Shown here: piece by piece, positions 29,952 to 39,045 of the stretch
How positions within the stretch are numbered: position 1 is the stretch's first letter
How the letters are laid out: the number at the start of each line of letters is the position of its first letter
Source: Dehalococcoidia bacterium
Lineage (GTDB): Bacteria > Chloroflexota > Dehalococcoidia > Dehalococcoidales > W111
DNA length: 54,066 nt
Direction: 5' to 3'
Assembly: GCA_011191985.1 (NCBI GenBank)
Contig: DUEU01000071.1
Location: 1,283-55,348, forward strand
Made by a program: the position numbers and the translations under genes
Notes under the pieces: model-generated
The model's database searches: none
The model's input: only the letters and a program-made list of their open reading frames with translations
Told to the model about the DNA's origin: nothing

Positions 29952-30623
29952 TTACTCCTCAACAACAAAATCGAAAACCAGCGTGGATACGACGAGGTAA
30001 ACAATGTCGAAGGCTATCATTATTTGCAGCCATGTTAGCATATCTGACCACGACTTGTCGGCCAGCACCACCGCCGTAGCCCGCACCGCCGCAACCACCA
30101 CTGGAACGACGACCGGCAAAAAGAGGACCGGCAGCATAATATCCCGCGCCCGCGTGTTTATGGCCACCGCCGAGAACAGAGTGCCCACCGCCGCAAAGCC
30201 GAGAGAGGCCAGCCCGATTACAAGTAGCAGCCGGGGTAAAAAGAGGGGCAGGTTAAAAAGGGCGAGAAAGATAGGGGTAATGATAATGGCCACAACCATG
30301 GTGAAGGTGAAGCTGCCCGCGAGCTTACCCCAGTAAATAACAGCCCGGTCCACCGGACAAAGCATTAGTCCTTCCAGACGGGAATTTTCCTTCTCCACGG
30401 CAAAGGTATGATTGAAGCCAAGCACCCCACCGAAGGTTAACGCCGCCCACAGGATACCGGGGGCAACCAGCTCGGCCGTATCAATCCTGGTGCTAAAGGC
30501 AAAGCTGAAAATCACCACCACCAGCAGGGAAAAGACCAGCACCGAGGTCACGACCTCCCTGGCCCTGAGCTCCGTAAGGATATCCTTCCAGAAAATGGTG
30601 ATTATTCTGGCAAAAGTGCTCAT
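29952..30623 (-). CDS. ccmB: heme exporter protein CcmB
   Basis: WKDILTELR, APGILW, EKEN..LEGL, LPVLFLPVVVP. Confidence 0.93.
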   Translation of the reverse strand: MSTFARIITIFWKDILTELRAREVVTSVLVFSLLVVVIFSFAFSTRIDTAELVAPGILWAALTFGGVLGFNHTFAVEKENSRLEGLMLCPVDRAVIYWGKLAGSFTFTMVVAIIITPIFLALFNLPLFLPRLLLVIGLASLGFAAVGTLFSAVAINTRARDIMLPVLFLPVVVPVVVAAVRATAVVLADKSWSDMLTWLQIMIAFDIVYLVVSTLVFDFVVEE

Positions 30624-30626
30624 AAC

Positions 30627-31373
30627 CTAGCCCGTCTCCGTGCACTGATTATAGACCTGCCTGAAGAGCGTGGTGTCTATATCATGTCTGGATGCCCGAT
30701 AGGCGACTTTGCCTTTATTAAGGATGACGATACTATCACCCAGTTCCAGGCCTCGCTCCAGATTATGGGTGACCATCACCACGGTAAGACCATCGCCACC
30801 GGCATTGCCCATTACATCATTTATAACGGTGCTGGCCTGAGGGTCAAGACCAGCCTCCGGCTCATCGAGTAACATTATTGACGGCCTGTGGAGAGCCGCC
30901 CGGGCAAGGGAAGCCCTCTGCTGCAAACCGTGTGATAGGGTGCCGACCCGGTCATGCCGTCGGTCCACAAGCTGCATCCAAGACATTACCTCTTGAATCC
31001 GCTGTTCCAAATTCGCGATACCGTACATCTGGCTATAGAATTTAAGGTTCTCGTAAACGGTAAGGTTATCATAGAGAAAGGTCTGATGACCAACCAGACC
31101 TATCTTACGCCTCACCTGGGCCGGTTTATCACGTATGTTTACGCCATCCAGCCATACGTTGCCGGAGGACGGCCTGACTAGCATAGACAGTATCTTGACC
31201 AGCGTCGTCTTACCTGCCCCATTGGGCCCAAAGATGACCAGCCGCTCGCCCCGGCCAACCTGCAGGTCAATACCACGCAGGGCTGGATGGTAGCCGAACG
31301 ATTTGGTCAGCCCTTGAACCTCTATAGCCCAGGAGAAAGGGGATCGAGCATTCTCACTCACGGCTATTTCCAC
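30627..31373 (-). CDS. ccmA: heme ABC exporter ATPase CcmA
   Basis: GPNGAGKTT, LSHG, LLDEP; operon context. Confidence 0.9.
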   Translation of the reverse strand: MEIAVSENARSPFSWAIEVQGLTKSFGYHPALRGIDLQVGRGERLVIFGPNGAGKTTLVKILSMLVRPSSGNVWLDGVNIRDKPAQVRRKIGLVGHQTFLYDNLTVYENLKFYSQMYGIANLEQRIQEVMSWMQLVDRRHDRVGTLSHGLQQRASLARAALHRPSIMLLDEPEAGLDPQASTVINDVMGNAGGDGLTVVMVTHNLERGLELGDSIVILNKGKVAYRASRHDIDTTLFRQVYNQCTETG

Positions 31374-32319
31374 CCCTTCTTCTTCTCACTAGGTAAGTGA
31401 TAATACCAGCGATTATCACCACAACCACTACCCAGAAAAATACCAAAGACATACTGCTATCAGTCGGTAAATAAGAAAAGCTTAAGTGTATCACGGTGTC
31501 ACGGGGGAGATTGTCGCCCCGGAAGTGCAGGAAACGCTCACCGGCGTCAGTAATTACTGGCTCAGCCGGGGCCAGCTTATCCGTAGCCACCTCTATCCCC
31601 TCACTGGCTACCAGGAACTCGAAATTATCCGTAGGATAGTTGATTTTCAGGGGAATAGCTATCTCATTTGAATCCGGCCCAGCCAGCCGGTAAGAGTAGA
31701 CAAGCTGTCTTTCCCCCGGGGGAAACGGCACAAGATAGCTGACCGTATTGTCGTCCAGGAACTGGTAGTCCGGCATCAGTTCTGGCGGGGCCTCAAAGCC
31801 GGCCGCGCCCTCGGGTAGATTAAAAACCAGCCCGCCTCCTGTCTCGACATATGTCCGGTCTCCGTCATTGACTAGCCAGAGAACCTCGGTCACCAGCAGG
31901 CCCTCTTCCTCTAAAGTGATAATAACATGGGCCAGGCCAACCCTTATCGCCTCATCACTGTTAGTAGCATCACAGACCCAGACCTCCAAATATGCCGTCG
32001 CCTCTCCTGATTCAAAAGCCACCGGGTAGTAGTAATCAACCTCCATGTATTTCGCCGAGACCAGATAGGTATGCTCCACGGCAACATTGTCAAACCGGAA
32101 CTTACCTTCCTGATCGGTCCTGGTAGTTCTTGTTGCCGTCATCACATCTTCAACGTATGTAATCAAGATAACCTCTATTTCAGCTACGCTGCCACCACCT
32201 TCAGTGCCGTTGATTACTTGCCCATCGATTACCCCGACAGAAGGTCCCTGAGCAAGGGCGGTCACCGGTAAAATGACCATCAGCGAAACGAAAATGACAG
32301 CAATAATAATACGATGCAT
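31354..32319 (-). CDS. exported protein with carboxypeptidase-regulatory-like beta domain and C-terminal TM anchor, within ccm operon
   Basis: Signal peptide (TALA-Q), TRTDQEGKFRF motif, C-terminal TM followed by RRRR. Confidence 0.7.
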   Translation of the reverse strand: MHRIIIAVIFVSLMVILPVTALAQGPSVGVIDGQVINGTEGGGSVAEIEVILITYVEDVMTATRTTRTDQEGKFRFDNVAVEHTYLVSAKYMEVDYYYPVAFESGEATAYLEVWVCDATNSDEAIRVGLAHVIITLEEEGLLVTEVLWLVNDGDRTYVETGGGLVFNLPEGAAGFEAPPELMPDYQFLDDNTVSYLVPFPPGERQLVYSYRLAGPDSNEIAIPLKINYPTDNFEFLVASEGIEVATDKLAPAEPVITDAGERFLHFRGDNLPRDTVIHLSFSYLPTDSSMSLVFFWVVVVVIIAGIITYLVRRRRGGNSRE

Positions 32320-32322
32320 AAT

Positions 32323-34281
32323 CTATACTCTATCCCGATATAGCTGCCTGTCCTCGGCTAAAAAGGCGACCGCTCCCCCCAGCAGGAAGAAACCTCCCCC
32401 CACCCACATCCAGACAATCAACGGGTTCACCAAAACCCGGAAGGTAGCTGATTTATCCCCGGGGTCAAAACCGGTCCAGACCAGAGAGACGAATAGGTCC
32501 TCGGCCGGTGTGCTGCGTACTGCTACTTCGGCAAAGTGGTCATCGTGCCGGAACCAGTAATCATAGCTTGGCTGCATAACGCCCACCGGACGGCCATTAC
32601 GACTTGCCGACAGGGAGGCAATGGCCCTCGCTCTCACGTTGTCCTGTCTGAATATCAGTTCATCATAGGTTAATTCATATTTGCCAATATTCATAGTCTC
32701 GCCAATATCAAGGGTCGCCGTCCTCTCAATGTTATAGAAAGAGGAAACGATAATGCCGAGGGTAATGAGAATTATACCGATATGGGCCAGAAAACCACCG
32801 TACCTCGCCCGGTTGCTGCCAATCAGGAAAAGGAAGGCCAGGAAGTGGTTCTCCCCCCTGGCCCGGTGACGGGCCCTGGTGCCCCGGTACCACTCTTGCA
32901 GCACGATAAAAAGCGGAAAGCTGCATACCATCATCACCGCAATATACCAGTTGCCAATCCCGAAAACCAGAATAGCGATGGTAATTACCAGTACGGCCAG
33001 CAAAAAATAGCCGGCATTTCGCTCCGCTGGACTCCAGACCGCTTTCCCCCACCCCAGCAGCGGGCAAACTCCAGTAAAGAACACCAGGACGAGCATAACC
33101 GGCCCACAGGTCCGGTCAAAGAAGCTGCGGTCTAGCGTTATCCTCACCCCCGCCACGGCCTCAATTACCCGCGGCAGCACCGTTCCCGCCAGGATAATGA
33201 ATGCCAGGACTACTAGGATAACATTGGTCAGCAGAAAAGCGCCCTCTTTTGAGACGAGTGACGCCGGTTTTTCCTCATTCCCTGAATCCCGGTGGCGATA
33301 TAATAACCACGACGAACCGACCAGCGTAATCAGAATGGCCGCCAGGATGTACGGCGGAAAGGTCGAGCCGTAAAAGCCATGCAGGGGCGACTCAATGCCA
33401 CCGTGGGTGATAAAGGGGCTAAGCAGGGTCAATGCGAAAGTGAAAACAATAAGAAGCCGGCTCCAGGTAACCAGGTAACGCCGCCGCCTTCGCATCGCCA
33501 TCGAGTGTATAAAGGCGGTCCCCACCAGCCAGGGCATCAGCCCGGCATTCTCTACGGGATCCCACGCCCAGTACCCGCCCCAGCCGAGCTCATTGTAAGA
33601 CCACCACATCCCCAGTAAATTGCCTACCCCCAGGGTACACCAGGCAAAGATTGCCCAGCGTCTGACCACCGCGCCCCACTCGGCACCGGCGCGACGGGTG
33701 ATGAGCGCCGCCATGCTCAGGGCGAAGACAACGGCAAAGCCAGCGAAGCCCAGATACAGCAAAGGGGGATGAACTAGCATACCGAAATTCTGCAGTAGCG
33801 GATTCAGGCCAAAACCTTCGGCCACCGGTGATGGCTGTTTTTCAAATACGTTTACTACCAGTGTGATCAGGGCAATGAAAAATACCTGCACTACTGCCAG
33901 GATAGTAAGAGCATAATACTTAACCTGCCGGTGAAAACCCTGTTTCTGGAAAGCCAGGACAGCCGTAAAAAGCGAGACCAACCATCCCCAGAAGAACATG
34001 GAGCCGGCCTTGTCGGCATATAGAGCGCTCAATGTGTAGGCAGCGTTCAGGTCCCGGCTGACATGCTCGACGACAATTCTTAGGCTGAAATCCCTGGTGA
34101 AAAAGGCGTATATAATAACTGCCAGTGCCAGCGTGAACAGGCCGAAGAGAACGTATATGCTATTTCGGGCAATGGTTGTTGGCCACCCCGGCCCAATCCT
34201 GGCACCAATGGCTGAGGCTGTTGCCGCGAGTATTGCTACCGGGAGAGCCATAATTAAGGCGATATGTCCTATTTCCGTCAT
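32323..34281 (-). CDS. ccmF: cytochrome c heme lyase CcmF
   Basis: GLNPLLQ, HPPLLY, LGWGGYWAWDPVENA, NPLIVWMW. Confidence 0.95.
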   Translation of the reverse strand: MTEIGHIALIMALPVAILAATASAIGARIGPGWPTTIARNSIYVLFGLFTLALAVIIYAFFTRDFSLRIVVEHVSRDLNAAYTLSALYADKAGSMFFWGWLVSLFTAVLAFQKQGFHRQVKYYALTILAVVQVFFIALITLVVNVFEKQPSPVAEGFGLNPLLQNFGMLVHPPLLYLGFAGFAVVFALSMAALITRRAGAEWGAVVRRWAIFAWCTLGVGNLLGMWWSYNELGWGGYWAWDPVENAGLMPWLVGTAFIHSMAMRRRRRYLVTWSRLLIVFTFALTLLSPFITHGGIESPLHGFYGSTFPPYILAAILITLVGSSWLLYRHRDSGNEEKPASLVSKEGAFLLTNVILVVLAFIILAGTVLPRVIEAVAGVRITLDRSFFDRTCGPVMLVLVFFTGVCPLLGWGKAVWSPAERNAGYFLLAVLVITIAILVFGIGNWYIAVMMVCSFPLFIVLQEWYRGTRARHRARGENHFLAFLFLIGSNRARYGGFLAHIGIILITLGIIVSSFYNIERTATLDIGETMNIGKYELTYDELIFRQDNVRARAIASLSASRNGRPVGVMQPSYDYWFRHDDHFAEVAVRSTPAEDLFVSLVWTGFDPGDKSATFRVLVNPLIVWMWVGGGFFLLGGAVAFLAEDRQLYRDRV

Positions 34282-34290
34282 CGATAAGAA

Positions 34291-34674
34291 CTATTCTACG
34301 GGTTCGTACTTGGAGGGGCATTTCATTATAATTTGACTTGCCCGAAATACCCCGTCGGGGTGACCCTTTCCCTCAACCAGTATGTTAGAACCGACCTTAA
34401 ACCCGCTGGGCTTGGCACCCTGGTAAATCACCGGCAAGTTACGGCCACCTTCAGTGATGTCGAACCTGAGCTCGAGGTCGGCAGCATTCCAGTCAACCGG
34501 ACTATCCGCTATCTTACCAGCTACCCTAACGTTGGTATCATGGAACTCGCTACCGCTCTCTAAAAACTCGCTCACCGTTAGATAGTAACTTACCGAACTA
34601 CCAAAACTGAGGTAGAGAAGATAACCCACCACCAGTATAAGGATTACCCCCCCAATTAAATACTTCTTTTTCAT
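34291..34674 (-). CDS. ccmE: heme chaperone CcmE, CxxxY variant
   Basis: YYLTVSE, VRVAG, KCPSKY. Confidence 0.93.
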   Translation of the reverse strand: MKKKYLIGGVILILVVGYLLYLSFGSSVSYYLTVSEFLESGSEFHDTNVRVAGKIADSPVDWNAADLELRFDITEGGRNLPVIYQGAKPSGFKVGSNILVEGKGHPDGVFRASQIIMKCPSKYEPVE

Positions 34675-34795
34675 ACCCCCATCTTTAGTCTACTGTGGCC
34701 GCCGGTATAGTGTCAATGAAAATCGCCTGAGAGAGCCATTCTCAGCCTCACCGCTGCCGGTTTCCCGACTCATGAAAAATACCGGCCAATAATGT

Positions 34796-34825
34796 TTGAC
34801 TTAGCATACCTACGTATGGTATACT
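34796..34825 (+). promoter_or_regulatory. promoter of rhodanese-cytochrome operon with overlapping CsoR-family operator
   Basis: TTGACT (34796-34801), N18, TATACT (34820-34825); ATACC-TACGTAT-GGTAT at 34806-34822. Confidence 0.7.
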
Positions 34826-35007
34826 TCACCGTTGGAATGTTATGCGGTTTTACGGTAGCCTCCTACGCTTCTACCCTATTAGCCCTGTTTCATATTTATC
34901 CACCTACTGGCTCAGCCTGGCAGCATCTAAATGATTGTGTCCGCCAGTGCTCCGGCCAGTGTTCATATACATTATTATAAATCGCACAGTAACAAGGAGG
35001 ATAATTA

Positions 35008-36015
35008 ATGCGAGTAAGACTATGGCCCGGTGTGGTAACCATTGTCGTCCTGCTGGCACTACTGGTATCAATTCCATTGCTCAGCGCCTGTGGTGGACCA
35101 AGTGAGACGCCAACTACCCCGACCACACCAACCACTCCAACAACACCGACCACTCCACCGACAGCAGAAGAATCCGAATTTGACGTAGTGCAGGATGCCG
35201 TGGCGGACTACCTGACCCACATGGCTCAGCACATAAAGGCTTCCGATTTACACATGATGATAGTTGAAGGCGATGCTCCATACATCGTCAGTACGCAAAG
35301 CGCGGAAAATTATGCCAAGGGAAATATTCCCGGGGCAATTAATATCGCATTCAGCGAACTGACCACACTCCCCAAGGATGAGGAGATTCTCCTATATTGC
35401 GATTCAGGTCAGGTAGCTTCCTTCGGAGCGGTAGTACTCGGTGTTCTGGGCTATGATGTCAATAATCTAAAACACGGGATAGCCGGCTGGACTTCGGACC
35501 CGAGCATTGCCACGGCACAGTTCGACCCGGAGAAACACCAGTCTGATTTCCAAACGGAGACCACGGCCAACGCTGGTTCGACCTATGACTACCCGGATAT
35601 TGACAACACTACCTCAACCGATACTGATGACATCATAGAGGCTGCAGTGGCAACGATATCGGCTAAATTTATCCTGGCAACTGATTTGAACATGAAGATT
35701 GCTGAAGGCGAGGACATGACTGTCCTGGACATTCGCAAGGCGGAGTATTATGCCGCCGGGCACATTCCCGGTGCCATAAACTTCGGGATAAGCAAACTGG
35801 TCGAGAACCTGAACAAACTTGACCCGGATGCACCAGTCTACGTATACTGCGATACTGGACACTGGGCGGCGGAGGCAGCGGCTCTACTGCAAGCGCTGGG
35901 GTATGACGCCTGGAGCCTCAAATACGGCATCTGCTCCTGGTCACCAGATGAGGCAATCAATAATGGCCTGTGCTACGATGCCGCCAGTATCCCGAATTAC
36001 GAGTTGGAAAAATAG
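35008..36015 (+). CDS. tandem rhodanese-domain lipoprotein
   Basis: Lipobox LSA-C, Pro/Thr linker, two domains with G[NH]IPGAIN and active-site YCDSGQ / YCDTGH; AAGGAGG RBS. Confidence 0.9.
   Translation: MRVRLWPGVVTIVVLLALLVSIPLLSACGGPSETPTTPTTPTTPTTPTTPPTAEESEFDVVQDAVADYLTHMAQHIKASDLHMMIVEGDAPYIVSTQSAENYAKGNIPGAINIAFSELTTLPKDEEILLYCDSGQVASFGAVVLGVLGYDVNNLKHGIAGWTSDPSIATAQFDPEKHQSDFQTETTANAGSTYDYPDIDNTTSTDTDDIIEAAVATISAKFILATDLNMKIAEGEDMTVLDIRKAEYYAAGHIPGAINFGISKLVENLNKLDPDAPVYVYCDTGHWAAEAAALLQALGYDAWSLKYGICSWSPDEAINNGLCYDAASIPNYELEK
35110..35163 (+). repeat. (Pro-Thr-Thr)x5 coding linker repeat
   Basis: cca act acc ccg acc aca cca acc act cca aca aca ccg acc act; synonymous codons vary between units. 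Confidence 0.9.
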
Positions 36016-36028
36016 CTTTTACAAAACT

Positions 36029-36064
36029 CTGCCTGTCCGGGGGCAATATCCCTCGGACGGGCAG
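36029..36064 (+). other. strong intergenic hairpin without U-tract
   Basis: CTGCCTGTCCGGGGG-CAATAT-CCCTCGGACGGGCAG, 15-bp stem including G-U pairs. Confidence 0.6.
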
Positions 36065-36127
36065 CCAAAGCCAATAAGGTTCATCAGTTACTACGTCTAA
36101 TAAGGCCAAGAAGAAATGGAGTGGCCT

Positions 36128-37447
36128 ATGAAGCGACCGATATTAGCAGTGGCAGCGGCAATATTGGTGCTGTTTGTAATTGCCGCCTTTGGCTGTACGG
36201 AAGGAGAACCGGCGGTAACCCCCGTAGAAGGGGAGGTAGTCGCCAGCTCCTGTGTAAGCTGCCACAGCGATAAAGACCTGCTTAAGGCAGTAGCTTCACC
36301 GGAACCAGAAGAGGCCGTGTCTGAGGCCACCACGGGCGAAGGCTGAGGGGGAGAGTTGCCTCCGTTGGAGGCATGGGAAAAGGTCTTCCTGGGTGATGCC
36401 GATTTCATGGAGAGCACCCACGGCAAGGTGGGTTGCGTTATCTGTCATGGTGGCGACAGCAGTATAGCAGACAAGGAACTGGCCCATACCGGGCTGTTAG
36501 CCGACCCTTCCGACATCAGTTGTGATACCTGTCACCAGGATATTGACGAGAAGCATGATTTCAGTCTCCATGCCACCCTCGGTGGCTTTCAGTCGGTTCT
36601 TGAAGCCAGGGGTGGTAATCTGGAAGAGGGCTCCCCACTGGCCACGGCCTTTGAGAATCACTGCCAGCAGTGCCACACCTCCTGTGGTCAGTGCCACGTC
36701 AGTCGGCCGGATGAGACGGGCGGGGGACTGGTCTCGGACCATGAGTTCCGCCCTACTCCCTCGATGCAGTATAACTGTGTAGCCTGCCACGGCTCACGTG
36801 TTGGCGATGAATACCTCGGCAATAACGAGGGAATCCCAGCCGATGTCCACTGGACGCAGGCAACAATGACTTGCGCCAAATGCCACAGCCAGGAACTGCA
36901 CGGCTCCAGCCAATCCGCAGCTACCCGATACCAGAATTCAAATGTCGTAAAATGTGAAGACTGCCATGAGGAAGTCTGGACAAACACGGAGGGTAATCCC
37001 CAGCATGAGCAGCACCTGAGCGACCTTCAATGCCAGGTGTGCCACTCTGTAGCCTATAAGAACTGCTACGGCTGTCATGTTGCTTTTGATGAGGAGGGGC
37101 TACCCTGCCGTACCAGTGAACCTTCCCAGATAGACTTTGAAATCGGCTACAATCCGCTGCGGTCCTCGGAGCGTCCCTACAAGTACGTAGTATTACGCCA
37201 CGTACCTACTTGCCTGGGCACCTGTGACTACTATGGCGCCAACCTATTGCCAGACTTCAATGCCTTACCAACCTGGAAGTACGCCACGCCGCATAACATT
37301 CAGCTCAACACCCCACAAAATGAAAGCTGTGACGCCTGTCATGGCAACATTGACCTGTTCTTAACCGAAGATGACGTCCGCCCCGAGGAGAGAGAGCCCA
37401 ATAAGGATGTCATTGTGACCGGTAATCCTTATACGCCGGAGGAATAA
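36128..37447 (+). CDS. 11-heme c-type cytochrome lipoprotein with predicted selenocysteine (U73, GEG-U-GG), 439 aa
   Basis: ORFs 36116-36346 and 36356-37447 share a frame and are separated only by TGA 36344-36346; lipobox AFG-C; 1 CxxCH before and 10 after the TGA; the downstream part has no signal peptide of its own; SECIS-like hairpin follows. Confidence 0.85.
36357..36373 (+). promoter_or_regulatory. SECIS-like hairpin
   Basis: TGCCTCC-GTT-GGAGGCA, perfect 7-bp stem; G-first loop 17 nt downstream of the in-frame UGA. Confidence 0.75.
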
Positions 37448-37454
37448 CCAGGGC

Positions 37455-38372
37455 ATGGAGCTAAGTCGAAGGAAATTTTTAAAAGCCTCCGCCTGTGCCG
37501 CTGGTGCTGCCGGTCTGCTGTTACTTAAGCCAGCAACCTCGGTCCTAGCCAGCGATTCACAGACTCGAGAAGGCATGGCCATGCTGGTGGATGTTACCAA
37601 ATGCGTCAGTTGCTGGTGGTGCTACGCCGCCTGTAAAAATTACAACAGGCTACCGGAGACTATCAAACCCGACCCGGCAGACCCGCCCCCGCTTTCCCCT
37701 AAGGTCTGGACGACTCTGAAACCGATAAAGAAGGGTAATGAGTGGCATTCCCGAAAACAGGCGTGTAACCACTGCACTGATGCCGCCTGTGTTGCGGTCT
37801 GCCCCACCGGAGCGCTGAGCTACAACCATCAGGGTTTCGTCCAGTACGATAAGGAGAAATGCTCCGGCTGCGGGTATTGCGCCGAGTTCTGTCCCTTCGG
37901 GGTGCCGCAAATGGAGAGCAACCGGCTTACCGGGGTCGCTATCATGAACAAGTGCACTTTCTGCCAAGACCGGGTGGCCAATGGTGAGCAACCCGCCTGT
38001 GCCGAAGCCTGTCCCACGGGGGCAATCAAATTTGGCCAACGTTCAGAACTGGTGACGGAGGGACGGGGAAAAACAGCAGACCTGAGAAAGACAAATCCCG
38101 ATGCGACCTTCTACGGAGACAAAGAGCTAGACGGCCTGCACGTGATGTATGTGCTTGATGATGCACCGGCAGTATACGGTCTGCCCGCGGAACCTGAAGT
38201 CGCGGCGGCTACTTCAGTGCGAGACGTACTTCAATGGGTAGGAGCCGGCGCCACCGTCGCCGTAATTCTCGGCTTCGGTCTCAACTATATTGTCGCCCGC
38301 GAAGCAATGATGACCAGCCGTCTACCCGGGAAAGAGTATATGCGCAAGAGTAAAATTGAAGGCAAGCAATGA
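37455..38372 (+). CDS. Tat-exported 4x[4Fe-4S] electron-transfer subunit (FdnH/HybA/DmsB-like) with C-terminal TM
   Basis: SRRKFLK twin-arginine; CVSCWWCYAAC, CNHC..C..VCPTGA, CSGCGYCAEFCP, KCTFC..PAC..CP. Confidence 0.9.
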   Translation: MELSRRKFLKASACAAGAAGLLLLKPATSVLASDSQTREGMAMLVDVTKCVSCWWCYAACKNYNRLPETIKPDPADPPPLSPKVWTTLKPIKKGNEWHSRKQACNHCTDAACVAVCPTGALSYNHQGFVQYDKEKCSGCGYCAEFCPFGVPQMESNRLTGVAIMNKCTFCQDRVANGEQPACAEACPTGAIKFGQRSELVTEGRGKTADLRKTNPDATFYGDKELDGLHVMYVLDDAPAVYGLPAEPEVAAATSVRDVLQWVGAGATVAVILGFGLNYIVAREAMMTSRLPGKEYMRKSKIEGKQ

Positions 38373-39016
38373 CTGAACCGCGAGTAGTGGAGCGTTTCAA
38401 GAAGAGGACCATCTGGTTTCACTGGATTCATACTACCGCCTTCCTGGCGCTGATAGTGACCGGGGCAATTCTGTTCTTCCCGGGGCTCGGCGCTCCTGCC
38501 GCTGGCGGCCTGACCAGACTTATTCACCGCATTGCGGCGGCACTCTTCGTGGCGGCACCAGTAATATACGCTGTGTTCAACCCGAGAATGACGCTGCATT
38601 TCATCAAGGAGACCCTGACATGGGGCATAGACGACTTTGGCTGGGCAGAAGCCGCCCCGCTCTACTACTTCGGTGGTGGGGAGGAAAAGATGCCCCCGCA
38701 GGGACATGTAAATACCGGCCAGAAGATGTGGCAGGTTATCGTACTGGGCACTGGCGTTTTATTCTTTATAAGCGGCTTAATAATGTGGTTTTTCAAAGGA
38801 ACGGTTACTACAGAAGTCTTTCAGTGGTGCGTTATTGTTCATGACGTTGCCTTTATCCTGGCCTTCCTCATGCTGCTGGTACATATCTACACCGGCGTCA
38901 TTCATCCCCGGATGACTGAGTCGCTTCGTTCAATGTGGGACGGCAGAGTTTCCAAAACTTATGCCCGGCACCACTATGGCAAGTGGTATGATGAGACTTC
39001 GGCCGGTGACAAGTAG
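38369..39016 (+). CDS. di-heme cytochrome b membrane anchor (FdnI-like)
   Basis: WFHW, LIHRI, NTGQK, IVHD, LVHIY heme His residues; HHYGKW tail. Confidence 0.9.
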   Translation: MTEPRVVERFKKRTIWFHWIHTTAFLALIVTGAILFFPGLGAPAAGGLTRLIHRIAAALFVAAPVIYAVFNPRMTLHFIKETLTWGIDDFGWAEAAPLYYFGGGEEKMPPQGHVNTGQKMWQVIVLGTGVLFFISGLIMWFFKGTVTTEVFQWCVIVHDVAFILAFLMLLVHIYTGVIHPRMTESLRSMWDGRVSKTYARHHYGKWYDETSAGDK

Positions 39017-39045
39017 CGAAATTTACTCTCCGTTATTGGCTGAAT

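Noticed and set aside
34687-34716. Third CsoR-type operator upstream of ccmE
   Set aside because: Only one good half-site (GGTAT), and the spacing does not match the N7 pattern of the other two sites.
35110-35163. 9-bp periodic repeat as CRISPR or VNTR
   Set aside because: Degenerate at third codon positions, no spacers, no cas genes; explained as a Pro/Thr linker.
36344-36346. Cytochrome gene as a pseudogene, or UGA reassigned genome-wide
   Set aside because: Both halves are intact with a hairpin at SECIS distance, and TGA is used as an ordinary stop in purE, purC, hisD and others.
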